Shown in pieces: positions 1-8,800 of a DNA stretch of 64,000 bases; position 1 is the first letter of the stretch, and every line of letters starts with the position of its first letter. Both the position numbers and the translations under genes were made by a program. The stretch spans positions 64,001 through 128,000 of the forward strand of contig CBDAOY010000006.1 of NCBI GenBank assembly GCA_965198225.1, read 5' to 3'. This DNA is from Terriglobia bacterium (GTDB lineage Bacteria > Acidobacteriota > Terriglobia > 20CM-2-55-15). Under the pieces are notes generated by a model. That model worked only from the letters and a program-made list of their open reading frames with translations, had not been told where the DNA came from and made no database searches.

Positions 1-1
1 C

Positions 2-637
2 CACGCCGAGGGCGAAGAGATCGGCCCGGGCGTCGAGCGCTCGACCCAGCGCCTGTTCCGGCGCCATGTAGGCGATGGTGCCAATAGCCGCACCCGCTTC
101 GGTGAGATCGGTCGGAGTTCCTCCGACTTCCGTGCCATCCGCGATCTCCAGCTGGGTCTCGTCCTTCTGAACCCACTTGGCCAGCCCGAAGTCGAGAATT
201 TTCGCCTGCTCTCGGTCCGTGATGAAGATGTTGGCAGGCTTGATATCTCGATGGACGATCCCTTCCGCGTGCGCGGCGTCGAGCGCGTCGGCGAGTTGAA
301 TCCCCAGTTCCATAGTCTGATCGGGCGTCAGAGGACCACGGAGCAGCCTTTGTTTGAGCGTCCGGCCCTTCATCAGCTCCATCACGATGAACGGCCGGCC
401 GTCGTGGTCATCGATCTCGTGGATGGAACAGATGTTGGGGTGATTCAGCGCCGCCGCGGCACGGGCCTCGCGTTTGAACCGTTCCACTGCCTGTCTATCG
501 GTCGCGATGCTCTCGGGAAGAAACTTTACGGCCACATAGCGCCGGAGCGACGTGTCCTCGGCCCGGTAGACTACACCCATACCCCCGACGCCGATCTCTT
601 CGAGGATTCTGTAGTGAGATATGGTCTGACCGATCAT
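2..637 (-). CDS. Ser/Thr protein kinase (Hanks type), N-terminal part; runs off the left edge
   Basis: Manual translation from ATG at 637: [28 protein letters not shown]...VAVKFL...[12 protein letters not shown]...KILDFGLAK...[10 protein letters not shown]...RADLFALG; absent from the ORF track because it is truncated. Confidence 0.95.
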   Translation of the reverse strand, partial: MIGQTISHYRILEEIGVGGMGVVYRAEDTSLRRYVAVKFLPESIATDRQAVERFKREARAAAALNHPNICSIHEIDDHDGRPFIVMELMKGRTLKQRLLRGPLTPDQTMELGIQLADALDAAHAEGIVHRDIKPANIFITDREQAKILDFGLAKWVQKDETQLEIADGTEVGGTPTDLTEAGAAIGTIAYMAPEQALGRALDARADLFALGV

Positions 638-861
638 TCGCCGTGGCGCTCCTGATGAGGGTTGCCGCTCCAGAAAGCTTACCGCTGCAAACTGGCACCC
701 ACGCACTATCTGCTGTCGATCACAAACCGGGTGTGATTTCGAGGGTTGTCGTCCTTCCAGAAATGTTATGCCTCCCGTGGAAAGGAAGTCAACGGAGGCG
801 ACGGCTGGACCGACCTTGATTCAGCCTTACAGGGGCACGAAGTGGGGAGCTGAGTAACGTC

Positions 862-1131
862 CTATTTGTAATGGGTCCACATACGCAGCACCTTCACAGT
901 GTGCTGTTCTTCCAGAACCTGATACACCAGCCGATGGTGGATGTTGATGCGACGGGAATAAGAGCCGGAAAGGTCGCCCAAGAGTTTTTCGTAACGTGGC
1001 GGCGTCCTGAAGGGGTCCTGGCGGAGGATGTCGATCGGTTCGTCGGCTCTTGGACGCAGATTTGATTTGGCGAGCTCTCTCGCATCCTTCTGGGCTTGCT
1101 TCGTGAAGACGACCCGCCAGGGTCGACTCAC
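862..1131 (-). CDS. yoeB: Txe/YoeB family toxin
   Basis: PPRYEKLLGDLSGSYSRRINIHHRLVYQV...LRMWTHY signature; GTG start overlaps the antitoxin stop (GTGA). Confidence 0.93.
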   Translation of the reverse strand: MSRPWRVVFTKQAQKDARELAKSNLRPRADEPIDILRQDPFRTPPRYEKLLGDLSGSYSRRINIHHRLVYQVLEEQHTVKVLRMWTHYK

Positions 1132-1370
1132 CACCCGGGCTCGTCAGAGGTTTTCTCGACCGGCGTCTCCATGCCTTCCCGGATGGACTTGCGCATTCCC
1201 GGCACGGATAGCAAGTACAGAGTCTCCTGCACCGCATTCCAGTCTTCTTCGGATACCAGGACAACGTTGTTGCGTTTGCCCGTGATCTGGACAGGCTCGT
1301 GAGACGCCGCTGCCTCATCGAGTAGCCGATACAGGTTGGACCTGGCTTCGCTGGCGGTTAGAGTCTTCAT
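1128..1370 (-). CDS. yefM: Phd/YefM family antitoxin
   Basis: MKTLTASEARSNLYRLLDEAAASHEPVQITGKRNNVVLVSEEDW..ETLYLL; start set at ATG 1370. Confidence 0.93.
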   Translation of the reverse strand: MKTLTASEARSNLYRLLDEAAASHEPVQITGKRNNVVLVSEEDWNAVQETLYLLSVPGMRKSIREGMETPVEKTSDEPGW

Positions 1371-1376
1371 GTTTAT

Positions 1377-1406
1377 ATCGTACGTTATTACGTACGTATC
1401 GTGCAA
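1377..1406 (-). promoter_or_regulatory. Putative yefM-yoeB promoter with overlapping operator palindrome
   Basis: Minus strand TTGCAC-18nt-TACGAT-6nt-ATG; palindrome GTACGT-TATT-ACGTAC (1380-1395) with GTAC cores 12 bp apart. Confidence 0.6.
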
Positions 1407-1466
1407 TCCCGGCTTCGGGCCATGAGCATCCGAAACCGCAAAAACTCGAGGTCATGTCCGCATTGG

Positions 1467-1877
1467 TCAAGGCCTGCGGCTACGCGGCGATCGTTTCATG
1501 TTTGAGCGTACCCAATCCGCGAGGCTGTCCTCTGTCAATCGTCCTGCGGCGAGGGCGACGATGTTCGACACGACATCACTTTCCGGTGCTTCGAATTCGT
1601 AGCCATTCACACCCAGGAAGACAACCATAGCCAGGAATCCGACCCGTTTGTTTCCGTCTTCAAAAGGATGGTTTTTGACTATCCCGAACCCGTACGCCGC
1701 TGTGATTGTGGCCAGGTCTGGCTTGTGGGCATAGGACCACTTGCTTCGTGGTCGCGCCAGAGCCGATTCCAGCAGATCCAAGTCGCGAAGTCCCCGGCGG
1801 CCTCCGTGTTCGCGGACCACGTCAAAATGGATCACTTCGACGATCAGCCGGCTGAGCCAAAGAGGCTCTCGTTTCAT
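1467..1877 (-). CDS. doc: Death-on-curing (Doc/Fic) family toxin
   Basis: Fic motif HPFEDGNKRVG; LESALARP; 136 aa. Confidence 0.92.
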   Translation of the reverse strand: MKREPLWLSRLIVEVIHFDVVREHGGRRGLRDLDLLESALARPRSKWSYAHKPDLATITAAYGFGIVKNHPFEDGNKRVGFLAMVVFLGVNGYEFEAPESDVVSNIVALAAGRLTEDSLADWVRSNMKRSPRSRRP

Positions 1878-1886
1878 GTGGTTTTG

Positions 1887-2114
1887 TTATTTCGCGAGTT
1901 CCCGCAGGGCATTGCGGTATCGCTTCGCGGCCTTTGCAGCCAATGACAGGGCCTTCTCGGTTGTCGGATCGTAGGGCGAAAGCAGGATCCCCTCCTCGGT
2001 CTCGATGGCAAGAAGCCGATCTCCCGGTTCTAGATGGAATCGATCCGCCATGTCTTTGGGCAGAGTCGCTCCCACCGAACCCCCGACGCGTCGAACCGTG
2101 ATTTCCTTTGGCAT
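1887..2114 (-). CDS. AbrB/MazE/SpoVT family antitoxin
   Basis: VRRVGGSVGATLPKDMADRFHLEPGD..EGILLSPYDP..RYRNALRELAK, directly upstream of doc. Confidence 0.9.
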   Translation of the reverse strand: MPKEITVRRVGGSVGATLPKDMADRFHLEPGDRLLAIETEEGILLSPYDPTTEKALSLAAKAAKRYRNALRELAK

Positions 2115-2234
2115 AAGGCTCTGTTCAGTATAACAAAAGTGCTACCAAGGAAAGGCGACTCGTACCAACGAGCGGCTACCGACTGTTCCAAGAGGCGTCT
2201 GTCCCCGAACAGTCGTGTGGTGCCTGACGTCGTC

Positions 2235-2393
2235 ATGCAGGCAGACACTTCTTCCGAAGCAAGCGCCCGACAGGCCGCAATCCAGCGTCAGCTTGGCGGG
2301 CCCAAGCGCCTACTCCTTGCTTTAGGACATCGATATCGTAATTGCGCCCAGCTCGGAGGCCCTTGCGCAGCTACTGACTGCGTTTCCCGATGA
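2235..2393 (+). pseudogene. Possible truncated small antitoxin-like gene remnant
   Basis: MQADTSSEASARQAAIQRQLGGPKRLLLAL resembles the DTS(P)EA..Q..I.R.M....RL..A small proteins usually found before nucleotidyltransferase genes; similarity ends after about 30 aa. Confidence 0.35.
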
Positions 2394-2540
2394 CCAGTAC
2401 TATGTAAGCCGCGAAGCCGCTTTTGACGCTCTGGAACGGCGGACCCAGTTCAACGTCATCGATTCGCTACTGGTTGGAAGATCGATTTCATCATCAGGGC
2501 AGGCGAGTGAGCTGTCTCATCCCTGTGCTAGACTCCCCCC

Positions 2541-2900
2541 ATGTCCGGAGAAGAGTACCCCGAGATCATCGAGAAGTGTCATTACTGTGGCGTCGAGTTG
2601 GAGTCGAATGAGCTGACGCGACATCTGCGGAATGAGACGCAGATTCTGGCGGAATTGCCGGCATTGCTCGGAACGGCGATGGGGACGGGATCGATCGATC
2701 TGCACGCGGGGAAGCTCTATTCGACGGCTGTGAAGTCAGGGCCGTGTCTGGATGAGGTCCAGACCGAGCTGATCACGAAGGATCACGCTCGCACGCTCCT
2801 GTTGACCGAAATCAACTTCCATCAAATGACGCTGGATGGGTTGAAAGCGAAGCAGGAAGAGGTGCTGGCGAAGATTGAGGGAATCGAGGCGCCGGTGTAG
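2541..2900 (+). CDS. Hypothetical protein with N-terminal CxxC
   Basis: 119 aa ORF with GC3-rich codons and CHYC; its TAG stop is the GTAG of a REP. Confidence 0.5.
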   Translation: MSGEEYPEIIEKCHYCGVELESNELTRHLRNETQILAELPALLGTAMGTGSIDLHAGKLYSTAVKSGPCLDEVQTELITKDHARTLLLTEINFHQMTLDGLKAKQEEVLAKIEGIEAPV

Positions 2901-3057
2901 GTGCGGTCTATGACCGCGCAGTTGGTCGAACCGAAACGATGTGAAGGAGGTGTAGGTGCGGTCTATGACCGCACATTCTTCGATCCGAAACAACGTGCGC
3001 TCATGGAGCGCCCCTACACCTCTATCGAAACAACGTTCGCTCATAGAGCGCACCTGC
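2897..3057. repeat. Cluster of four GTAG-REP hairpins
   Basis: GTAGGTGCGGTCTATGACCGCAC-type copies at 2897 and 2952; inverted copies at 2995 and 3035. Confidence 0.9.
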
Positions 3058-3984
3058 ACGGCATTTCGACCCCTGCACAACCCGCCGCTCGTCCATCCGC
3101 TTTCGTATTCCGGCAATCACTTCGTTCCGATTCAAACCCCAGTTAGGAGCCACCAGCAGTCCAAGTGGCGCTTCACCGAATAGTCGTTCGATGACGATCT
3201 TCGGATCGAGCCTCTCGATGAAATCGCACACTACCTCCAGATACTCCTCGAACGTCATCAGCTGAAACGGAGTTTCCTCGTGTTCGCGTGCCAGCGCGGT
3301 CCCCTTCACCAAGTGCAGGTGGTGGATCTTCAGCATGTCGATGCCGACGCGCGACATCTCGTCCGCCATCGACAGCCACTGGTCGCGCGTTTCCCATGGG
3401 AAACCAAGGATGATATGCGCCCCGAGGTGGAACGCGTGTCCTCTCGACAGTTCCATGGCCCGAAGGAACGCCCCGTAATCGTGCCCGCGGTTGACTCGCC
3501 GGAGCGTTTCGTCGTAGATCGATTCCACACCGAACTCGAGCGACACGCAGGTGTCACGCGCGATCTCATCGATCATCGCGACTTTCTCTTCATCGATGCA
3601 GTCGGGCCGGGTGCCGATCGCAAGGCCGACCACATCGGGGTGCTCCAGAGCTTCGATGTACAGGCCTCGGAGGTGTTCGGTCTCGGCGTAGGTGTTCGTG
3701 AAGGGCTGGAAGTAGACGATGAACTTTTCCGCTTCGACGCGCTGGCGCAGGTAGCGGATGCCGTTTTCGACCTGATCGGGAATCGGCGCGGTCTTGATGG
3801 CGAGAGGCGGACGGAACGAGTTGTTGTTGCAGTAGGAGCAACCACCGACCGCAACAGTGCCGTCGCGGTTCGGGCAGGTGAAGCCGGCGTCGACGATTAC
3901 TTTGTGGACGCGTTCGCCGAAGATTCCCCTGAGCCAGGAGTTGTAGGTCCGGTAGCGATTCTTCAATTGCGCCAGCGCCGCCAT
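3022..3984 (-). CDS. Radical SAM protein, YhcC/TIGR01212-like family
   Basis: DAGFTCPNRDG..GGCSYCNN, YFQPFTNTY, GLAIGTRPDC, RVNRGH. Confidence 0.92.
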   Translation of the reverse strand: MAALAQLKNRYRTYNSWLRGIFGERVHKVIVDAGFTCPNRDGTVAVGGCSYCNNNSFRPPLAIKTAPIPDQVENGIRYLRQRVEAEKFIVYFQPFTNTYAETEHLRGLYIEALEHPDVVGLAIGTRPDCIDEEKVAMIDEIARDTCVSLEFGVESIYDETLRRVNRGHDYGAFLRAMELSRGHAFHLGAHIILGFPWETRDQWLSMADEMSRVGIDMLKIHHLHLVKGTALAREHEETPFQLMTFEEYLEVVCDFIERLDPKIVIERLFGEAPLGLLVAPNWGLNRNEVIAGIRKRMDERRVVQGSKCRAGALYERTLFR

Positions 3985-4751
3985 TCCTCGTCGTCCGGAT
4001 CATCGGGTTTGCGTTGCTGCTGACGCTTATTGTAATAGACCTCGAATTTGCGTCGCAGCCGCTCGCGCTGCCACTGGTCGTAGTACCGACGGAAGCTTCT
4101 GAGGCTGAAACCTCTCGTGTGCCTGCCGCCCTTCATGTAGAGGTAGGCGAAGATCATACCGCCCAGGTGCGCGACATGGGCAACGCCTCCGCCGCCTCCT
4201 CCGGACAACGAAGCCATGAATGCCATTCCCCCGATGAACATGACGTAGTACTTCACCTTGACCGGAATCATGAACGGGATCAGAAGAATCGTTCGATTCG
4301 GCCAGAGCAAGCCGTAAGCGAGCAGAATTCCGTATATCGATCCGGAGGCGCCGATGGTGGGGATAGTGGAACCCGGGCTCGCGATCACGCTGGAAATACC
4401 CGCGCCGACGCCGCAGATGAAGAAGAATTTCGTGAACTCCCGTGTGCCCCAGGTCCGCTCGAGCTCGCTTCCGAACATCCACAGCGCGAACATGTTGAAC
4501 AGGATGTGGAAGAAGCCGCCGTGGAGGAAGATGTAGGTGACCAGCTGCCAGACGGCGAGGCTACCGGTCACCGCGGCGGGTGTGAGACCGAAGCTCATCC
4601 ACAAAGCCCGCGTGAACCCGCCACCGCCCAGCATCGAAAGCAGATGAACGCCGCCCGAGATGATCATGATCATCTTGATGGCTTTGGGTAATCCACCTCC
4701 GCCGATGTGGGTGTAGGAGGGTCGACCTCCGCCCGCGTAGTGTCGCGACAA
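3963..4751 (-). CDS. Rhomboid family intramembrane serine protease
   Basis: WQLVTYIFLH, HILFNMFALW, GASG catalytic Ser, AHLGG catalytic His; TTG start. Confidence 0.92.
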   Translation of the reverse strand: MSRHYAGGGRPSYTHIGGGGLPKAIKMIMIISGGVHLLSMLGGGGFTRALWMSFGLTPAAVTGSLAVWQLVTYIFLHGGFFHILFNMFALWMFGSELERTWGTREFTKFFFICGVGAGISSVIASPGSTIPTIGASGSIYGILLAYGLLWPNRTILLIPFMIPVKVKYYVMFIGGMAFMASLSGGGGGGVAHVAHLGGMIFAYLYMKGGRHTRGFSLRSFRRYYDQWQRERLRRKFEVYYNKRQQQRKPDDPDDEEWRRWRN

Positions 4752-4752
4752 C

Positions 4753-4917
4753 CTAACCGTCCTCAGGGCGAATGAGCCGCCCGGCGTAGAAAATTCCGAT
4801 CCCGACGAACGCCATGCGCATCATTGGGCCCATGTCTCCGAAGTAGAGCAGGAGCGCCTCTATCGTGATGATGAGGCCGACTAATTGGAGACCGATTGCT
4901 GCGTAATAGCGTATCAT
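4753..4917 (-). CDS. Small two-TM membrane protein (54 aa)
   Basis: Manual translation MIRYYAAIGLQLVGLIITIEALLLYFGDMGPMMRMAFVGIGIFYAGRLIRPEDG*; stop lies 1 nt before the rhomboid start. Confidence 0.65.
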   Translation of the reverse strand: MIRYYAAIGLQLVGLIITIEALLLYFGDMGPMMRMAFVGIGIFYAGRLIRPEDG

Positions 4918-5031
4918 TTCCAATCGGATCGAGGCCCTCAGTGGAGGTTCGAACTTCTGTGGGGGCTGACTGCTGATTCTAGCATAGCGTTCTTTTGCCT
5001 ATAGTTACGGCGTCTTCCGATACCCGGCTCT

Positions 5032-5619
5032 TTGATGAATCCCTGGGTCCTCGTCAGCTTTAAGTTCCTGCTCAGCTTCCTTATCGGAGCGATCCCGTTC
5101 GCGGTCATCGCCGTGTGGGGCACCGGCATCGATATCACGAAAGCCGGTTCGGGAAACCCCGGGTTCAACAACGTGCTCCGCGTCTCGTCCCGCTGGAGAG
5201 CGGCTATCGCACTCGTCGGTGATCTTACGAAGGGCGCGCTGGCGGTGTTCCTTCTTTCAAGCGGAGCGGACTCGGATTGGGTTCTCTGGACGCTCGGTCT
5301 TGCTGCGGTTGCGGGCCACTGCTGGACGCCGTTCCTCAGATTCAACGGTGGCAAGGGCGTGGCCACGATGGTCGGCGCTCTCCTGTACCTGGAATTCGTG
5401 ATCACCCTCGTCTGTCTGCCGCTCTACCCGACCCTCCGCGCCTTCGGCCGCAAGATGGGTTGGGCGCAGGAGGGTGCCATCTCCTCGATGGCGACGATGA
5501 CGGTAATATCGGTTGCGATAATCGTCCTCCGTGGACCCGAAGACGGCGTCTTCGCCTTGGTCGCTCTGGGCATCGTCGTCCTCCGCCACGCCTCCAACAT
5601 CAAAGCCCTCTTCTCCTGA
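5032..5619 (+). CDS. plsY: Glycerol-3-phosphate acyltransferase PlsY family
   Basis: GAIPF, GSGNPG, DLTKG, GHCWTPFLRFNGGKGVAT, RHASNI. Confidence 0.88.
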   Translation: MMNPWVLVSFKFLLSFLIGAIPFAVIAVWGTGIDITKAGSGNPGFNNVLRVSSRWRAAIALVGDLTKGALAVFLLSSGADSDWVLWTLGLAAVAGHCWTPFLRFNGGKGVATMVGALLYLEFVITLVCLPLYPTLRAFGRKMGWAQEGAISSMATMTVISVAIIVLRGPEDGVFALVALGIVVLRHASNIKALFS

Positions 5620-5645
5620 ACAATCGCGCCAGCGGGAGGACGGAA

Positions 5646-5727
5646 TAACCACGGAGACACGGAGGCGCGGAGGGAATTGTCTCTTCATACCCCCAGCAGC
5701 CTCCGTGCCTCTGTGCCTCCGTGGTTA
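5646..5727. repeat. Inverted repeat built of 8-nt units (CACGGAGR); probable terminator between convergent genes
   Basis: TAACCACGGAGACACGGAGG...CTCCGTGCCTCTGTGCCTCCGTGGTTA; second copy at 14670. Confidence 0.85.
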
Positions 5728-5748
5728 ATCCTCAGCCTTCGATGTTGT

Positions 5749-6681
5749 TCACGGGACGATCATGCGGAGGGCGCGGGGGAGGATGGTGATTTCCAGGGGG
5801 AGGTGGCCAAGGGGTTCGCCGTCGATTTCGATCGAGGATGGTTCGGCGGAGGTGGCGACGAGGCGCTTCGTTCGTCTGAAGTGCACTTTCGGGTGACCGT
5901 AGACGGTGCCGTCGTAGAGCATCCTGAAGCTGCGGGCGATCTCCCACGGGGACATCTTTTCGATGATCGTCACATCCAGAAGGCCGTCGTCAATAACGGC
6001 CCTGGGACAAATCATCATCCCCGCACCGTGGTACGGGCCGTTACCAACGGCCACGTTCGTGATGAGAACGTCCTTCAATTCGTCTTTGTCAAGCTCGATA
6101 GAAACCCTGTTCCCGCGGAATCCGAGCGTGGTGAGGACAGTCGCGACCAGGAAAGTCACCCTGCCGCCCAACGGCTTGGACGACTGGTTGGCACGAGCTG
6201 CCACGGCACCGCCCATCCCGAAGCTTGTCAGGTTCACGGAAAAGCGCGTCGTGTCTGCACCGTCGGGCTGACGATAGATCACTTTCATCACATCGAGGCT
6301 GGTGGCGGTACCACGCCTCAGCGTCTCTATAGCAGCTTTCTCGTCGAGCGGGACGCGAAGAGCCCGCCTGAGGTCGGAACCGGTCCCCTGGGGAATCAGG
6401 CCGAGCGTGATACCGGACGCCGTGGATTCGTCCTTGAGGAGAATGCCGTTGACGACCTCGTTGACAGTCCCGTCTCCACCCACCGCGATCAGCGTCCGGT
6501 GACCAGAATCGACCGCAGCGGCAGCGAGTTGGATGGCGTGCCCGGGCTCCTTTGTTTCGTAGACCGTCACCGGGCCACACACGTCTTCGAGCTGTCCGCG
6601 GATGCGTCGCCAGGACGCGCCGGTCCTGCCTCCCGCCGAGTTGGGATTGACGATCGCCGCAGCCGATGTCGAAGCGGTCAT
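5749..6681 (-). CDS. Diacylglycerol/lipid kinase family protein (YegS/BmrU-like)
   Basis: IVNPNSAGG, AVGGDGTVNEV, GTGSD, GNG, DDGLLDV, IDGE. Confidence 0.92.
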   Translation of the reverse strand: MTASTSAAAIVNPNSAGGRTGASWRRIRGQLEDVCGPVTVYETKEPGHAIQLAAAAVDSGHRTLIAVGGDGTVNEVVNGILLKDESTASGITLGLIPQGTGSDLRRALRVPLDEKAAIETLRRGTATSLDVMKVIYRQPDGADTTRFSVNLTSFGMGGAVAARANQSSKPLGGRVTFLVATVLTTLGFRGNRVSIELDKDELKDVLITNVAVGNGPYHGAGMMICPRAVIDDGLLDVTIIEKMSPWEIARSFRMLYDGTVYGHPKVHFRRTKRLVATSAEPSSIEIDGEPLGHLPLEITILPRALRMIVP

Positions 6682-6759
6682 AGCTTCGGACTGGCTATGA
6701 GGCGGCCGAAGCCTGCTTCTCGTGACGCTCGAGGAAGCCGACCGTGTCGCGGATAGTCT

Positions 6760-8364
6760 TCATGAGACGGTTGCGCGGGGTGGGGCGGACGCGGCGGGGC
6801 GGGTCTGCTTGGCGAACATCGGGCGGATCCATTTCTCGATCCCTTTGGTGTGGATGTTCACCCAGTAATCGGCCCAGTCGATCTGCTCGGGTGCCCAGCT
6901 GAGCCGCTCGCGGTCCTCGGGCGTCAGCATGTTCCAGGCGCGTCGGATGTGACCGGTGTCGAAGATGAAGCTGTTGTGGATCATGAACGGCAGGAACATG
7001 TCGAGAGTCTGTTGCTGCTGGCGGATTTGCCGTCGTGTAACCCGCAGGCTCTTGAGGTAGGGTTCCATCTTCTTTTTTCCGAGCGCGACCTTCAGGAAAT
7101 TGAATGTGGCCTGCAGCATGTCCAGACCCCAGCGGAGGCGCCGGCGATTCGATTCCAGCTGCTCGACGCTGACGACCTCGGTTTCGACGTAGGTCTTCCA
7201 GAGCCTGGCCAATTTGTTTCCGTCTCTCTTGTGCTTGTGCTTGTAGCGCGCGTTCATCCCCAGAAAAGCGACTAGACGCGGGAGCATGACAGGGTTGTCG
7301 GCCGCCGTCGCAAGGTGGTACACCTTCTCGCCGCGGTCGGCGAGCATCGCGGCGGTCGCGATGAGGATCCCATTGGCAACGAGATCCACGGGGATGATCT
7401 CGAGCGGTCCGTCCTTCCTGACAGGCCAGCTCTTGACGCCCTCACCGCCCATCAGGACCAGGGGTGCCGAGGTGGTCATGCCCTCGTTCCAGCCCGGGAA
7501 AGGAAAACTCAGTGAGGATTCGACGATGGCGGGGCGTACGATGCAGTACTCGAGCCCGGGCGTTTGCGCCATCAACTGTTCGCCCATGCTCTTCGCGTAG
7601 GTGTACGTGTTGGTCCATCCCCACGATTCCGCGCGTTCCATGCCGCCGCTACGCAGCACTTCGCGGTCGTTGGTGCCCTTGATGAACCGCTCGCACCACT
7701 CCATCTCTTCCTCGGCGTCGAAGCTGTCGTCGCTCTCGTCCTTGCGGTTCGGGTAATAACCGGCGATGGCGGTGTCCTCGGGGATTTGTCCGTTGCGCTT
7801 GCCCGCGACGTAGCAGGTGGAAACGTGCACAAGCTTGACGTTGAGCACCTGGACCAGTTCGATCACGTTCCGGATGCCGTAGACGTTCGTGATCAGCGAT
7901 TCGTCGAGCGGGGGGTCGAACTCTACGAGCCCGGCAGTGTTGACGATCAGATCGACGCGATCGGTGAGGCCGGCGAGCTGCTCGGCGGAGATGCCGCACA
8001 TGGGCAGACTCAAGTCGCCTTCGACGATCGTCACCTTCTTGCTGATGGAATCCACACCCACCCGGTTCACGATCGACTGTAGCGGCGGGGACCCGAGCAC
8101 TTCCGAATAGAAGCGTTGCTCGCCGGACAGGTATTTCTTGCGACGTACCTGCACGACGAGATGTTTCAGTTCCGGAAACCGCTCGAGAACGAGGGCCAGC
8201 AGAACCTTCCCTACGAAACCTGTTGCTCCGAGCAGCAGAATCGTTTTGCTGTGAAACTGATCGATCGCCGAGATCTCTCCGGTTCCGCCCGGAGAAGCCT
8301 CCTCGTCGATCTCGCAGTATTCTCCCGCAACAGGGTCGAAGCGCCACGTCGTGAGATGCTTCAT
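6760..8364 (-). CDS. Fatty acyl-CoA reductase (NAD_binding_4 / male-sterility type SDR)
   Basis: LLGATGFVGK, HVSTCYV, GWTNTYTYAKSMGE, IVRPAIVES..PFPGWNEG, IIPVD; start moved to ATG 8364 because the longer ORF begins in a REP. Confidence 0.85.
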   Translation of the reverse strand: MKHLTTWRFDPVAGEYCEIDEEASPGGTGEISAIDQFHSKTILLLGATGFVGKVLLALVLERFPELKHLVVQVRRKKYLSGEQRFYSEVLGSPPLQSIVNRVGVDSISKKVTIVEGDLSLPMCGISAEQLAGLTDRVDLIVNTAGLVEFDPPLDESLITNVYGIRNVIELVQVLNVKLVHVSTCYVAGKRNGQIPEDTAIAGYYPNRKDESDDSFDAEEEMEWCERFIKGTNDREVLRSGGMERAESWGWTNTYTYAKSMGEQLMAQTPGLEYCIVRPAIVESSLSFPFPGWNEGMTTSAPLVLMGGEGVKSWPVRKDGPLEIIPVDLVANGILIATAAMLADRGEKVYHLATAADNPVMLPRLVAFLGMNARYKHKHKRDGNKLARLWKTYVETEVVSVEQLESNRRRLRWGLDMLQATFNFLKVALGKKKMEPYLKSLRVTRRQIRQQQQTLDMFLPFMIHNSFIFDTGHIRRAWNMLTPEDRERLSWAPEQIDWADYWVNIHTKGIEKWIRPMFAKQTRPAASAPPRATVS

Positions 8365-8483
8365 GGTGTTTCCATCCCGATCAGTGCAGCCCTGATGGGT
8401 CGTTCTTCGCTCAACGGACGGCCTACCTTGGATTCCGAAGTTTACAACGGATATGGGGCGGAATGCATCTGTAGCGAGCAGGT

Positions 8484-8791
8484 GTAGGTGCGGTCTATGA
8501 CCGCACATTCTTCGAGCCGAAACGAGGTGCGCTCATACAAGCTGTGAACGAATGTCATTTGTTGGAGAATCGGGTGGCGGGGCTTTTCACGAAGAACCTG
8601 CGATCCTCAAGTGTAGGTGCGCTCTATGAGCGCACAAATGCCCGCGGAACTACAAGTTGTGCGGTCATAGACCGCACCTACACGTGAAAAGCCCCGCCAC
8701 CCGATCCTGGAGTTTCACTTTCTCCAAAGGGATTCGTCATGCCCGCACAATCCTTCTACCCGAAACGTGTGCGGTCATAGACCGCACCTAC
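8484..8791. repeat. Nested repeat cluster: GTAG-REPs plus a perfect 23-bp inverted repeat
   Basis: REPs at 8484, 8527 (truncated), 8613, 8659, 8769; IR 8569-8591 / 8683-8705. Confidence 0.9.
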
Positions 8792-8800
8792 ACCGGCGAG

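Noticed and set aside
251-655. 134-aa plus-strand ORF
   Set aside because: Antisense shadow of the Ser/Thr kinase
2897-3057. REP cluster as a mini CRISPR array
   Set aside because: Copies occur in both orientations and are dispersed across the window, which fits REP/REPIN organisation
8365-8508. N-terminal extensions such as MCGHRPHLH, MCAHRAHLH, MRSMTAH and CAVIDRTY on several ORFs (also 17075, 48422, 29970, 32577)
   Set aside because: They are translations of the REP sequence; better starts exist downstream
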